From positions 71,267 through 130,359 of the forward strand of contig JAFWGF010000049.1 of assembly GCA_017512495.1 (NCBI GenBank): a stretch of DNA of 59,093 nucleotides, in the 5' to 3' direction. Made by a program: the position numbers and the translations under genes. Every line of letters begins with the position of its first letter. Position 1 is the first letter of the stretch. The notes beneath the pieces were generated by a model. That model did no database searches and had not been told where the DNA came from. It saw only the letters and a list, made by a program, of their open reading frames with translations. Below are positions 20,201 through 28,513 of this stretch, one piece after another. This DNA is from Bacilli bacterium. Lineage in GTDB: Bacteria; Bacillota_I; Bacilli_A; RF39; UBA660.

Positions 20201-21476
20201 TGTAGATGATTTTGAAGATTCTATAAATTTAGAAACTAGTATTTGTTATAAAAAAGTCGATAGTGAAGATGAATGTAGTTGGAGTGCGTATAAACCATAT
20301 GAAGATACTGTTGAAATAAATTTTGATGATACCAACAGTTACAACGGTGAAGAATATGAAATATATGCTAGGGTTAGAAATTCTTTAGGCATAGTTGCTA
20401 CAACATCTACACCATTGAAATATAAGGTTTATAAAGATGACAAACCAAGAATCTTATCTATAGCAGCCAGTTATGAAAATGCAACTCATGTAGATACAGA
20501 TCCACCAGCTTCTAATAATGGATCTTTATTGGGATCATGGGAAACATATAATAGTGATACCATGTTTAGAATTAGTATTATAGCTGAAGACTTCTTTGAT
20601 TCATATAAGGTATGTGTTAGTAAAGATCCTAACGGAGCAGATTGTACAGATGATAAATATCTAGGAAAACAGGATGGAACTCTTTATAGTGGAACAGATG
20701 TTGATTCAATACTATTCTATTATAATGAACCAGATGGACTAAAGTCTCATACCGATGCAGAGATAGGTTTTGAGGTACTAGTAGATGATTATTATTTATT
20801 TGTAAAAGATTCTCATGGTAATGTTGCAAAATCTAGTGCTTTTTATGCTTCAGAATTCAATGAGTGTGATGAAAAAAGGCCAAAACCTTCAGTAACAACA
20901 TATGAGCATTCAAGTGGTTCAACAATTAGTACAGCAGCTTGTCGTGGACAATGCTACTATTCAGAAACTGCAACAGATACTAGTGAATGTAAAATGCCTG
21001 GTGAATCAACTCCAGAAGGTGAAGAAGAAAAAGAAGAATGTGATTTATCAGAATTTATTGAAAAAACATCAGAAATAGTAGGAAACTATAAAAAGAAACT
21101 TACATATAATGATAGTTTTACCAATGCAGTGTGTACTCCTCCAACAGAAGAAGATTATACAGCAAATTGTTCATTTAAACAGTGTTTTTATAATAAGAGT
21201 ACTCAACCATATAATGTTAAAGCCATTGGTTTAAGGAAAAAAACATTCCCTAGAGGTGCTTCTGAAATGGTTAACGTTATAGTAAGCGGAGAAACTATAT
21301 CAATAAATAGTTATGAATACTATACTGTTTATACAGTTACTTATGATGGTGTCTCTGAATCAGTAGATTTACATCCAACACCTGAATATGTTTTCCCAGA
21401 AGAATATAATTTAAATCCAGATAAATACAAATATAAATCAAGTGATGATGTTCCATACATCAGAGTAATGGATTAA
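17295..21476 (+). CDS. Giant type IV prepilin-like protein (1393 aa) with about 8 Ig/cadherin-like repeats and Cys-rich C-terminus
   Basis: Likely start ATG 17295; class III signal KG|FTLIE with hydrophobic helix; recurring Y[KT][LV][YH]KNxxP linkers and DDxD motifs. Confidence 0.8.
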   Translation: MKNKRKGNKGFTLIELLASIVLLGILFVFAIPTIVGVVERNRDKIYVSDVRKLMSQAEHKLKASSTIMEKPEPGDCIVISLVYLDSEDFDQAPNDGEYIKEASFVVVKNNGGKLEYSGAIVEKTKAGGYRGIELTKEDLLKQSNAVRFVKNISENNIIKVNDPHVIMSNYINSTLKEQNDGVDYVKTVSNIYNQPSLEDQSSSGETLPPVITKATLTSTSGKNYNSLDATLNLTVTDRDNPTNQLLVGLSTSSYTDALNGEKLPYGEENTFTKTYEFDKMGYGYLGNNQVNLYIVVIDPEKNRVQTNISYKLHKNEPPVIGEGSKLVRRAEDPVNKGTAILKLDLSDDIDSTNALKVCYTANTNANSCNNYVSYRDMVRDDVYIEFDTAQCNLTGQEYKLKVFVADSSNEISSKVLTYKVHNDGNPSFDPNKKQVDVVTAETGYNSLNVKVFVNGSDDVTPNSNLRVRIVEGNTDQIYRYDANGIPFRLSGHYDGQKRTLKVTLIDECNHYSNTVTYSDYTVYKNIPPQIDSISIMSNGYACNNSDECPIVNNNGTVTSGGNAKASVYINILDDLDSDDLYNNIKVCISENRANCNNEANFKPYSEYATGTIFTFDAGNATPYNGSTKTLYVVSKDSEGAISESSKRYTLYKNKAPEITGFDVHSEDRPFVSTDNNSLNLTFFLQADDDILDLNDLQYTIQTQGSSEVVEKKSLAEYDETKGLKYHVAGTYDGGERTIVLKVYDNYSAGSEPSTQKYKVYKNKPPEISLLKTEIDEQTGEEVQVSVENEIDIVQSSECLSSYKCPYLAEDANGKGQKVSVIFEATDDIDGVAGIEEDDGLEQGEMTVCVSETEADCTAANSTHYVPYKQFVEEEREYIFNKGMTNPYKSQYKNKTLYVYLRDSGGLTTHVSKPYTLYTASAPKFIDEEVDAVTQHVTKYPNITPVGIDQVDESSGIVVNGRTALYNMLVVDDFEDSINLETSICYKKVDSEDECSWSAYKPYEDTVEINFDDTNSYNGEEYEIYARVRNSLGIVATTSTPLKYKVYKDDKPRILSIAASYENATHVDTDPPASNNGSLLGSWETYNSDTMFRISIIAEDFFDSYKVCVSKDPNGADCTDDKYLGKQDGTLYSGTDVDSILFYYNEPDGLKSHTDAEIGFEVLVDDYYLFVKDSHGNVAKSSAFYASEFNECDEKRPKPSVTTYEHSSGSTISTAACRGQCYYSETATDTSECKMPGESTPEGEEEKEECDLSEFIEKTSEIVGNYKKKLTYNDSFTNAVCTPPTEEDYTANCSFKQCFYNKSTQPYNVKAIGLRKKTFPRGASEMVNVIVSGETISINSYEYYTVYTVTYDGVSESVDLHPTPEYVFPEEYNLNPDKYKYKSSDDVPYIRVMD

Positions 21477-21489
21477 AGTTGGTGAGATA

Positions 21490-21984
21490 ATGAAAAAGAA
21501 GATTTTAGATTTTATAAAGAAAAATATTAAATTAATAATAATTGCTTTAATATTTATTTTGGGTATTGTGATAATAGTATCTGTTATAAGTATTAAATCT
21601 GATAAAGAAAAAGGATATAAGGAAGAAAATAAATATAGAATATCAGATGAGGTTGTAGAAGTTCCCGGAACTAAAATAATAACAAGCGATAGAATAAAAG
21701 AAAGACATTGCTTAAATGATATATGTGTTACTAATATGACTTTTTATACATATGGAAAAGATGGAAGAATCGAATGCACAGTTAAGAACGAAAGTGAAGA
21801 AGAAAAAAGTGGTTATATAAAGATAAAAGTTAACGGAATTAGTTTAATAGCTAATTATGATAATTTAGCTCCGGGAAAGGAATCTAAAACAGTTGCTAGA
21901 TACACAGGTGTGGAATTTACTGATATCGAAGACTACACTTTAGAAGAATTAACAAAAAAAGAAAAGAAAAACATTAGAGGATAG
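21490..21984 (+). CDS. Membrane-anchored small beta-sandwich-like protein in the pilin operon
   Basis: N-terminal TM helix; C-terminal domain CLNDIC...IEC; lies between giant pilins 1 and 2. Confidence 0.7.
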   Translation: MKKKILDFIKKNIKLIIIALIFILGIVIIVSVISIKSDKEKGYKEENKYRISDEVVEVPGTKIITSDRIKERHCLNDICVTNMTFYTYGKDGRIECTVKNESEEEKSGYIKIKVNGISLIANYDNLAPGKESKTVARYTGVEFTDIEDYTLEELTKKEKKNIRG

Positions 21985-21994
21985 GAGGTAAAGT

Positions 21995-24900
21995 ATGAAT
22001 AAAAAAGGATTCACAATGGTAGAACTTCTAGGAGCTATAGTAATATTAGGAATATTAAGTGTAATAGCAATCACAGGAGTAAGTAATTTAATACAAAAGT
22101 CAAAAGATACAGATGAAGAACAATATGAGAAGACATTAAAACAAGCAGCGCAAAGTTATATGCAGTCAAATAGAAATAAATTACCAAAAGCAATAGGAGA
22201 AAAAAGAAAGGTAACCGCAGCTGAATTAAAGGGAAATAATTACCTAAAAGAGGGAGATAAAGGCTGTGTAGAAATATATAAAAAAGATAAGAATAAATAT
22301 GTATATACAGTAAATATGGAATGTGAAGAAACTCATATTCAAGAAATATGTGAAAATTCAGGATTAGTCTTAGAGAAATTCTACTTTACAGATCATACAT
22401 TAAGTGAATTAGAAAGAGTAGATTTAGATAACTTAGAAGAAGCAAGGATGGTTATCTACTTTAAAGGTGGAACAAAAGCCGGAGAAGAATTAGCAATAGA
22501 AAGTTATTCATATTCAATATCAGTACAGACAAAGAATGATCCAAACTTACATGAAGTATATAATTCAGGATCATTAAATGGAAATGGAAATAAAGAGATA
22601 AAAATCATAAAACAAATAAGTGAATATGTACATTTATCAGGAGCAACAAATGTAGTAGTAACACTAAAAGCAAAGAATACAGAAGGATGTTCATTAAAAG
22701 AAAGTAGATCAACCAGTTATGAAGATGATGTCAAACCAATATGTACATTTATAAAAAATCAAGCAACATCAGGAAATGATTGGATAAATAAAAAAGATGG
22801 AGGAGCAACAAGAACAATAACAGCAACATGTGATGATGGATTAGGAAGTGGATGCGTAAGTCAAAATGTTTCAAGGACATGGGAAAATGATTATCAACAT
22901 GATGCAGAGTGGGCATATATTCAAGTAAAAGATAATGCAGGAAATACAAATATAGATGATGAATTTATAAAGGCAAGCCCAACAATATGTGACAAACCAA
23001 TCCAAGCAGATAATACATGTCGAGTAAGAGTAAATGTAGATAAGACACTACCAACAATAAAGGTAGTAGGAGCATATGAGAGAGCAGATGGAGCAACTGC
23101 AGCAATAAAGCAAAATGCTCCAAATATATTAAATATTAATGGATCAGGAACAATAACAATAGATAATAACAGTAATGGTGGGCAAGGAACAGGAAGCATA
23201 GCAGTAGGACAATATAAGAATTTAATAAATGACTGGATGAACTTAGTAAATTATCCATATGGAATAGCATATCAAGTAGAGATATCAGATACATTACATT
23301 TAGCAGGGTGGTCATGGAAGACAAATCAAGCAGGATTAGGACATAGAGATTCAGGATATGGAACATTAGGAAATAATGAAAGTCCAAATGGAGGAAGCTT
23401 TGCTGATCTAACAGACAATGATTGTGGAAAAAGAGATGTAGCAACAATAGTAATAGGATTCCAAAAAGAAGGAAAGAGAAAAGGAGAGTTAAAGGTATGG
23501 GATAAAGCAAACAATATAACTACCTTAACAATCTATGCAAACTTAGATAGAACTCCACCAGAAAAGCCAACAGTAACATACAAAAAGGCAAAATCAAATG
23601 CAAAATATACAGCGGGAACTGCAGTAACAAATTGGTCAACAGAATTAATAAATTCATATGTTACAGCAAAAGTAGAACCAGATATATCAGGATGGGATAG
23701 ATTCGAATATTGGTATAGAAAGCAAAATGCAGTAAATAATACCGAAGCAACAACAGCAGGAAGTTTAGCAGCAGCAATAACAGGCCAAACAAAAATGAAT
23801 AATTATCCAGATAAAATAGAAAATTTAGCTGGATATCAAATAAAAGATGAAGGAAGACACTTGTTCAAATATAATAGTTGTGATAGAGCAAGTAACTGTT
23901 CTGATTATAGTAATGAAGATACAATAAAGATAGATACAAAACCACCTGCATGTAGTAACCAAATCAGTTATCCTCACGGAAAACCAACAGATTATGGATG
24001 GTTAGGAAGACATTATGTTGCGAATGCTACGTACTATACAGAAACTAACGAAGCAAGAGGACAATATAAAGGTCACTATGTAGAAGCTGAGAATAATAGA
24101 GAAACGGCAATAGTAAAACAAGTTTGTACAGAAAATGGAACATATGGAAGTCAGTGTGATCCGGAATCAATATCTCAATTTGAATATAAGGTTCCAATTA
24201 ATACTACGGCAGCAGGAGCAGAAGGAGACGGAAAAGGAGGAACAATAAAAGATAAAGCAGGAAATGAAACAGCGTGTACACCAGATCAAACTGTAAAAAT
24301 AGACTATGCCCTTCCAAAGTGTATTGTAGAAAATGAAGCAGAATATAAAAATGACAAATGGAATTGGGCAAGAAGTAGGACAATTTATCGTAAATGTAAT
24401 GACGTTAAAAGAGATGATCATCCAAACGATACAATAAGCGGATGTCTGCCAGATCTTACTAAGGAGAGAAGTTTTGGTGGAAAAAAATCTGATGTAAACT
24501 TAAATGATAAATTAATGACAACATATACATATCAATCAGGTTATAAAATAACAGATAAAGCAGGAAACAAAAGATTCTGTTTTCCACCAACTGTAAAAGT
24601 ATATGTAGATAGAAGTGCACCAAATTGTAGTTATGACAAATCACATACATATACTACATCAGGAGTAACTATAAAATATTCATGCAATGATAAATATGGA
24701 AGTACAGCTGGTGTAGGAGTTAATACATGCCCAGGTGGAAGAGACCACACAGTAACAGAAAAGAAGAAAACTCAGACACCAAGTATGGATGATAAACTAG
24801 AAAATGATGCGACATGTACTGTTCCAGTACATAGTCAAAAACAATATAAGAAGAAAACATGTAATCAATATAAGAAATGTAAAAATTCTGCTTGTGGAAC

Positions 24901-25192
24901 AACAACAATATATGCATGTGTATGTAAAGGAACTGGTTGTGGTATGTGCCCTAGTGGTTATACTCATTATTCAAGTGTACCTTCTGGATGTGGAACATAT
25001 GGTTGGAGTGGTGGTATGAGTGGAACTAATGCTCATGCTCACAAAGCATGCTCTATTACTAATAGTTGTAGAACAGCAGCTTGTGGTTGTAATAGTTGGA
25101 GTGGATACTCTGGATGGTCAACAGGTAACCATTGTCCAGGATATAGTAATTCAAACTCTTGTAAACAGAAGAGTAGAACAGTTTATTACTAG
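21995..25192 (+). CDS. Giant type IV prepilin-like adhesin A (1065 aa)
   Basis: KKG|FTMVE class III signal; Ig-like repeats with DKAGN/VD-x-T-x-P motifs; 14 Cys in the last ~110 aa. Confidence 0.8.
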   Translation: MNKKGFTMVELLGAIVILGILSVIAITGVSNLIQKSKDTDEEQYEKTLKQAAQSYMQSNRNKLPKAIGEKRKVTAAELKGNNYLKEGDKGCVEIYKKDKNKYVYTVNMECEETHIQEICENSGLVLEKFYFTDHTLSELERVDLDNLEEARMVIYFKGGTKAGEELAIESYSYSISVQTKNDPNLHEVYNSGSLNGNGNKEIKIIKQISEYVHLSGATNVVVTLKAKNTEGCSLKESRSTSYEDDVKPICTFIKNQATSGNDWINKKDGGATRTITATCDDGLGSGCVSQNVSRTWENDYQHDAEWAYIQVKDNAGNTNIDDEFIKASPTICDKPIQADNTCRVRVNVDKTLPTIKVVGAYERADGATAAIKQNAPNILNINGSGTITIDNNSNGGQGTGSIAVGQYKNLINDWMNLVNYPYGIAYQVEISDTLHLAGWSWKTNQAGLGHRDSGYGTLGNNESPNGGSFADLTDNDCGKRDVATIVIGFQKEGKRKGELKVWDKANNITTLTIYANLDRTPPEKPTVTYKKAKSNAKYTAGTAVTNWSTELINSYVTAKVEPDISGWDRFEYWYRKQNAVNNTEATTAGSLAAAITGQTKMNNYPDKIENLAGYQIKDEGRHLFKYNSCDRASNCSDYSNEDTIKIDTKPPACSNQISYPHGKPTDYGWLGRHYVANATYYTETNEARGQYKGHYVEAENNRETAIVKQVCTENGTYGSQCDPESISQFEYKVPINTTAAGAEGDGKGGTIKDKAGNETACTPDQTVKIDYALPKCIVENEAEYKNDKWNWARSRTIYRKCNDVKRDDHPNDTISGCLPDLTKERSFGGKKSDVNLNDKLMTTYTYQSGYKITDKAGNKRFCFPPTVKVYVDRSAPNCSYDKSHTYTTSGVTIKYSCNDKYGSTAGVGVNTCPGGRDHTVTEKKKTQTPSMDDKLENDATCTVPVHSQKQYKKKTCNQYKKCKNSACGTTTIYACVCKGTGCGMCPSGYTHYSSVPSGCGTYGWSGGMSGTNAHAHKACSITNSCRTAACGCNSWSGYSGWSTGNHCPGYSNSNSCKQKSRTVYY

Positions 25193-25225
25193 TGAATGAA
25201 AACGTTGTAAATACTGGATATACTG

Positions 25226-25258
25226 AAAAAAACTTAGTTGTTTTAACTAAGTTTTTTT
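25226..25258 (+). terminator. Intrinsic terminator between adhesins A and B
   Basis: AAAAAAACTTAGTT-GTTTT-AACTAAGTTTTTTT, a perfect 14-bp stem. Confidence 0.85.
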
Positions 25259-25328
25259 ATTGTTAAAGAAGTAAAATAATGATATAATCAGTCTATAATA
25301 GGTATAGTGTCTTATACGGAGGTAAAGT

Positions 25329-28300
25329 ATGAATAAAAAAGGATTTACAATATTAGAACTTCTAGGAGCTATAGTAATATTAGGCATATTAAGTGTAATG
25401 GCAATTGTAGGAGTAAGTAATTTAATACAAAAGTCAAAAATGACAGATGAAGAACAATACGAAAAGACATTAAAACAAGCAGCGCAAAGTTATATGCAGT
25501 CAAATAAAAATAGATTACCAAAAGCCATAGGGGAACAAAGAATGGTAACCGCAACTGAACTGAAAGAAAATAATTATCTAAAAGAAGGAGATAAGGGTTG
25601 TGTAGAAGTATATAAAAAAGATAAGAATAAATATGTATATACAGTAAATATGGAGTGTCAAGAAAAATATATTGAAGAAATATGTAAAAATGTAGGTCCA
25701 AAGATAGAAAAAATGTACTTTACAGATCATACATTAAGTGAATTAGAAACAGTAGATTTAGATAACTTAGAAGAAGCAAGAATGTATATTTACTTTAAAG
25801 GTGGAACAAAAGCCGGAAAAGAATTAGGAATAGAAAGTTACTCATATTCAATATCAGTACAGACAAAGAATGATCCAAACTTACATGAAGTATATAATTC
25901 AGGATCATTAAATGGAAATGGAAATAAAGAGATAAAAATCATAAGAAAGATAAGTGAATATGTACATTTATCAGGGGCAACAAATGTAGTAGTAACACTA
26001 AAAGTCAAGAATACAGAAGGATGTCCATTAAAAAAGAGTATATCAACAAAATATGAAGATGATGTCAAACCAATATGTACATTTATAAAAAATCAAGCAA
26101 CATCAGGAAATGATTGGATAAATAAAAAAGACGGAGGAGCAACAAGAACAATAACAGCGACATGTGATGATGGATTAGGAAGTGGATGTGTAAGTCCAAC
26201 GTTCTCAAGGACATGGGAAAATGATTATCAACATGATGCAGAATGGGCATATATTCAAGTAAAAGATAATGCTGGAAATACAAATATAGATGATGAATTT
26301 ATAAAAGCAACACCAACACTATGTGGTAATTCAGCTCAAGTAGATAATTCATGTCGAGTAAGAGTAAATGTAGATAAGACATTACCGACAATAAAGGTAG
26401 TAGGAGCATATGAGAGAGCAAATGGAATAACAGCAACAATCAAGAAAGGTGCTCCAAATATATTAAATATAAATGGATCAGGAACAATAACAATAGATAA
26501 TAATAGTAATGGTGGACACGGAACTGGAAGCATAGCAGTAGGACAATATAAAAACCTAATAAATGACTGGATGAACTTAAAGAACTATGAATATGGAGTA
26601 GCGTATCAAGTAGAGATATCAGATACATTACATTTAGCAGGATGGTCATGGAAGACAAATCCTGGAGGAGTAAGTCATAGAGATACAGAATATGGAACAT
26701 TAGGAAATAATGAAAGTCCAAGCGGTAAAAATTATGAAGACATCCAAAATAATGATTGTGGAAAATTAAATGACACGATAATAATAGGTTTTAGTCAAGA
26801 AGGAAGAAGAAAAGGAGAGTTAAAGGTTTGGGACAAAGCAAACAATGTAACAACTTTAACAATCTATGCAAACTTAGATAGAACAGCACCAGAAAAACCG
26901 ACAGTAACATATAAAAAGGCAAAATCAAATGCTAATTATACGGCTGGTACTGCAAGAGCAAATTGGTCAACAGAGTTAATAAATTCATATGTTACAGCAA
27001 AAGTAGAACCAGATATATCAGGATGGGATAGATTCGAATATTGGTATAGAAAGCAAAATGCAGTAAATAATACTGAAGCAACAACAGCAGGAAGTTTAGC
27101 AGCAGCAATAACAGGTCAAACGAAAATGAATAATTATCCAGATAAAATAGAAAATTTAGCTGGATATCAAATAAAAGATCAAGGAAGACACTTGTTCAAA
27201 TATAATAGTTGTGATAGAGCAAGTAACTGTTCTGATTATAGTAATGAAGACACAATAAAGATAGATACAAAGCCACCAATTTGTAGTAACGAAATCAGTT
27301 ATCCAAATGGAAATCCAACAAGCTATGGATGGTTAGGAAAGCATTATGCGAACAGTACGACATATACTTCAAGTGGAAAAAATACAGCAATAGTAAAGCA
27401 AGTTTGTACAGAGGATGGAACATATGGAAGTCAATGTGATTTAGACACAATATCCCAATTTGAATATAACGTACCAATTAATACTACAGCAGCAGGAGCA
27501 GAAGGAGATGGAAAGGGAGGAACAATAGCAGACAAAGCAGGAAACGTAAAAAGTTGTACTCCTGACCAAACAGTAAGAATAGATTATCAAGAGCCAAAAT
27601 GTGTAGAAACTAATCAAGCGGAACAAAAAAGTAATGGTGACTGGATTTGGACTCGAAGTAGAACAATTTATCGAAAATGTGAAGATTATAAAGAAAAAAC
27701 TACAGACATGATAAGTGGCTGTGTACCAAAAACGGAATCTATATCTTTCGGTGGAAAAAACGCAGATGTTAATTTAAATGATAAGTTAAAAACTAATCAT
27801 ACTTTCCCAGGATTTGGAATTCAAGATAAAGCCGGAAATAGAAAACTATGTGGTGACAAGGTAGTACATGTTTATGTAGACAGAAGTGCACCAAATTGTG
27901 ATTATAAAAAGACTAATAAATATTCAAAAGAGGGAGTAACAATAGAGTATACATGTGATGATTTATATAAAGGTACTGAAGGTACAGGAGTTAAAACGTG
28001 TCCAGGAGGAAGTGACCATATTGTTACAAAAAGAACTACAACTCAGACACCAAGTATGGATGATAAACTAGAAAATGATGCAACATGTACTGTTCCAGTA
28101 TATAGTCAAAAACAATATAAGAAAAAGACAAGAACATGGAATAGCTGCAAGTATAAAAAAACAGAGTACTATGATTGTATATGGAGAGGTGGAAATAATC
28201 CATCTAATGCTACAGTTTCTACTTGTGTAGGACATGGTTCTTGTACATCAAGTAAAAGAGGAACAGTTTGTGGATCACCAAATGCTACATATGGTTGGAC

Positions 28301-28445
28301 CTGCGTATGTAGTTCTAGAAAAGTGTGTGTAGGTGATTGGAATGATTGGAGTGGCTGGTCATCAAGCTGGTCAACAGATAATCACTGTCCAAACTATAAG
28401 GATTCAAATTCTTGTGATCAAAAGAGTAGAATAGTTTATTATTAG
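25329..28445 (+). CDS. Giant type IV prepilin-like adhesin B (1038 aa), paralog of A
   Basis: KKG|FTILE class III signal; near-identical to A over ~650 aa; different 10-Cys tip; own extended -10 (TGATATAAT, ~25280). Confidence 0.8.
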   Translation: MNKKGFTILELLGAIVILGILSVMAIVGVSNLIQKSKMTDEEQYEKTLKQAAQSYMQSNKNRLPKAIGEQRMVTATELKENNYLKEGDKGCVEVYKKDKNKYVYTVNMECQEKYIEEICKNVGPKIEKMYFTDHTLSELETVDLDNLEEARMYIYFKGGTKAGKELGIESYSYSISVQTKNDPNLHEVYNSGSLNGNGNKEIKIIRKISEYVHLSGATNVVVTLKVKNTEGCPLKKSISTKYEDDVKPICTFIKNQATSGNDWINKKDGGATRTITATCDDGLGSGCVSPTFSRTWENDYQHDAEWAYIQVKDNAGNTNIDDEFIKATPTLCGNSAQVDNSCRVRVNVDKTLPTIKVVGAYERANGITATIKKGAPNILNINGSGTITIDNNSNGGHGTGSIAVGQYKNLINDWMNLKNYEYGVAYQVEISDTLHLAGWSWKTNPGGVSHRDTEYGTLGNNESPSGKNYEDIQNNDCGKLNDTIIIGFSQEGRRKGELKVWDKANNVTTLTIYANLDRTAPEKPTVTYKKAKSNANYTAGTARANWSTELINSYVTAKVEPDISGWDRFEYWYRKQNAVNNTEATTAGSLAAAITGQTKMNNYPDKIENLAGYQIKDQGRHLFKYNSCDRASNCSDYSNEDTIKIDTKPPICSNEISYPNGNPTSYGWLGKHYANSTTYTSSGKNTAIVKQVCTEDGTYGSQCDLDTISQFEYNVPINTTAAGAEGDGKGGTIADKAGNVKSCTPDQTVRIDYQEPKCVETNQAEQKSNGDWIWTRSRTIYRKCEDYKEKTTDMISGCVPKTESISFGGKNADVNLNDKLKTNHTFPGFGIQDKAGNRKLCGDKVVHVYVDRSAPNCDYKKTNKYSKEGVTIEYTCDDLYKGTEGTGVKTCPGGSDHIVTKRTTTQTPSMDDKLENDATCTVPVYSQKQYKKKTRTWNSCKYKKTEYYDCIWRGGNNPSNATVSTCVGHGSCTSSKRGTVCGSPNATYGWTCVCSSRKVCVGDWNDWSGWSSSWSTDNHCPNYKDSNSCDQKSRIVYY

Positions 28446-28448
28446 AAC

Positions 28449-28474
28449 AAAGGATACATTGAATGTATCCTTTT
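28449..28474 (+). terminator. Intrinsic terminator
   Basis: AAAGGATACA-TTGAA-TGTATCCTTT followed by T. Confidence 0.8.
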
Positions 28475-28513
28475 GATTTGATATAATATATTTGCATGAT
28501 GGAGGAATATTTT

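Noticed and set aside
21995-28445. Diversity-generating retroelement (TR/VR) explanation for the adhesin A/B differences
   Set aside because: Mismatches involve all bases plus indels rather than being adenine-specific, both copies are full genes, and no reverse transcriptase is in the window.
21995-28445. Shufflon or invertible tip cassettes
   Set aside because: No inverted tip fragments, inverted recombination sites or recombinase were seen; both tips are on the + strand inside full ORFs.
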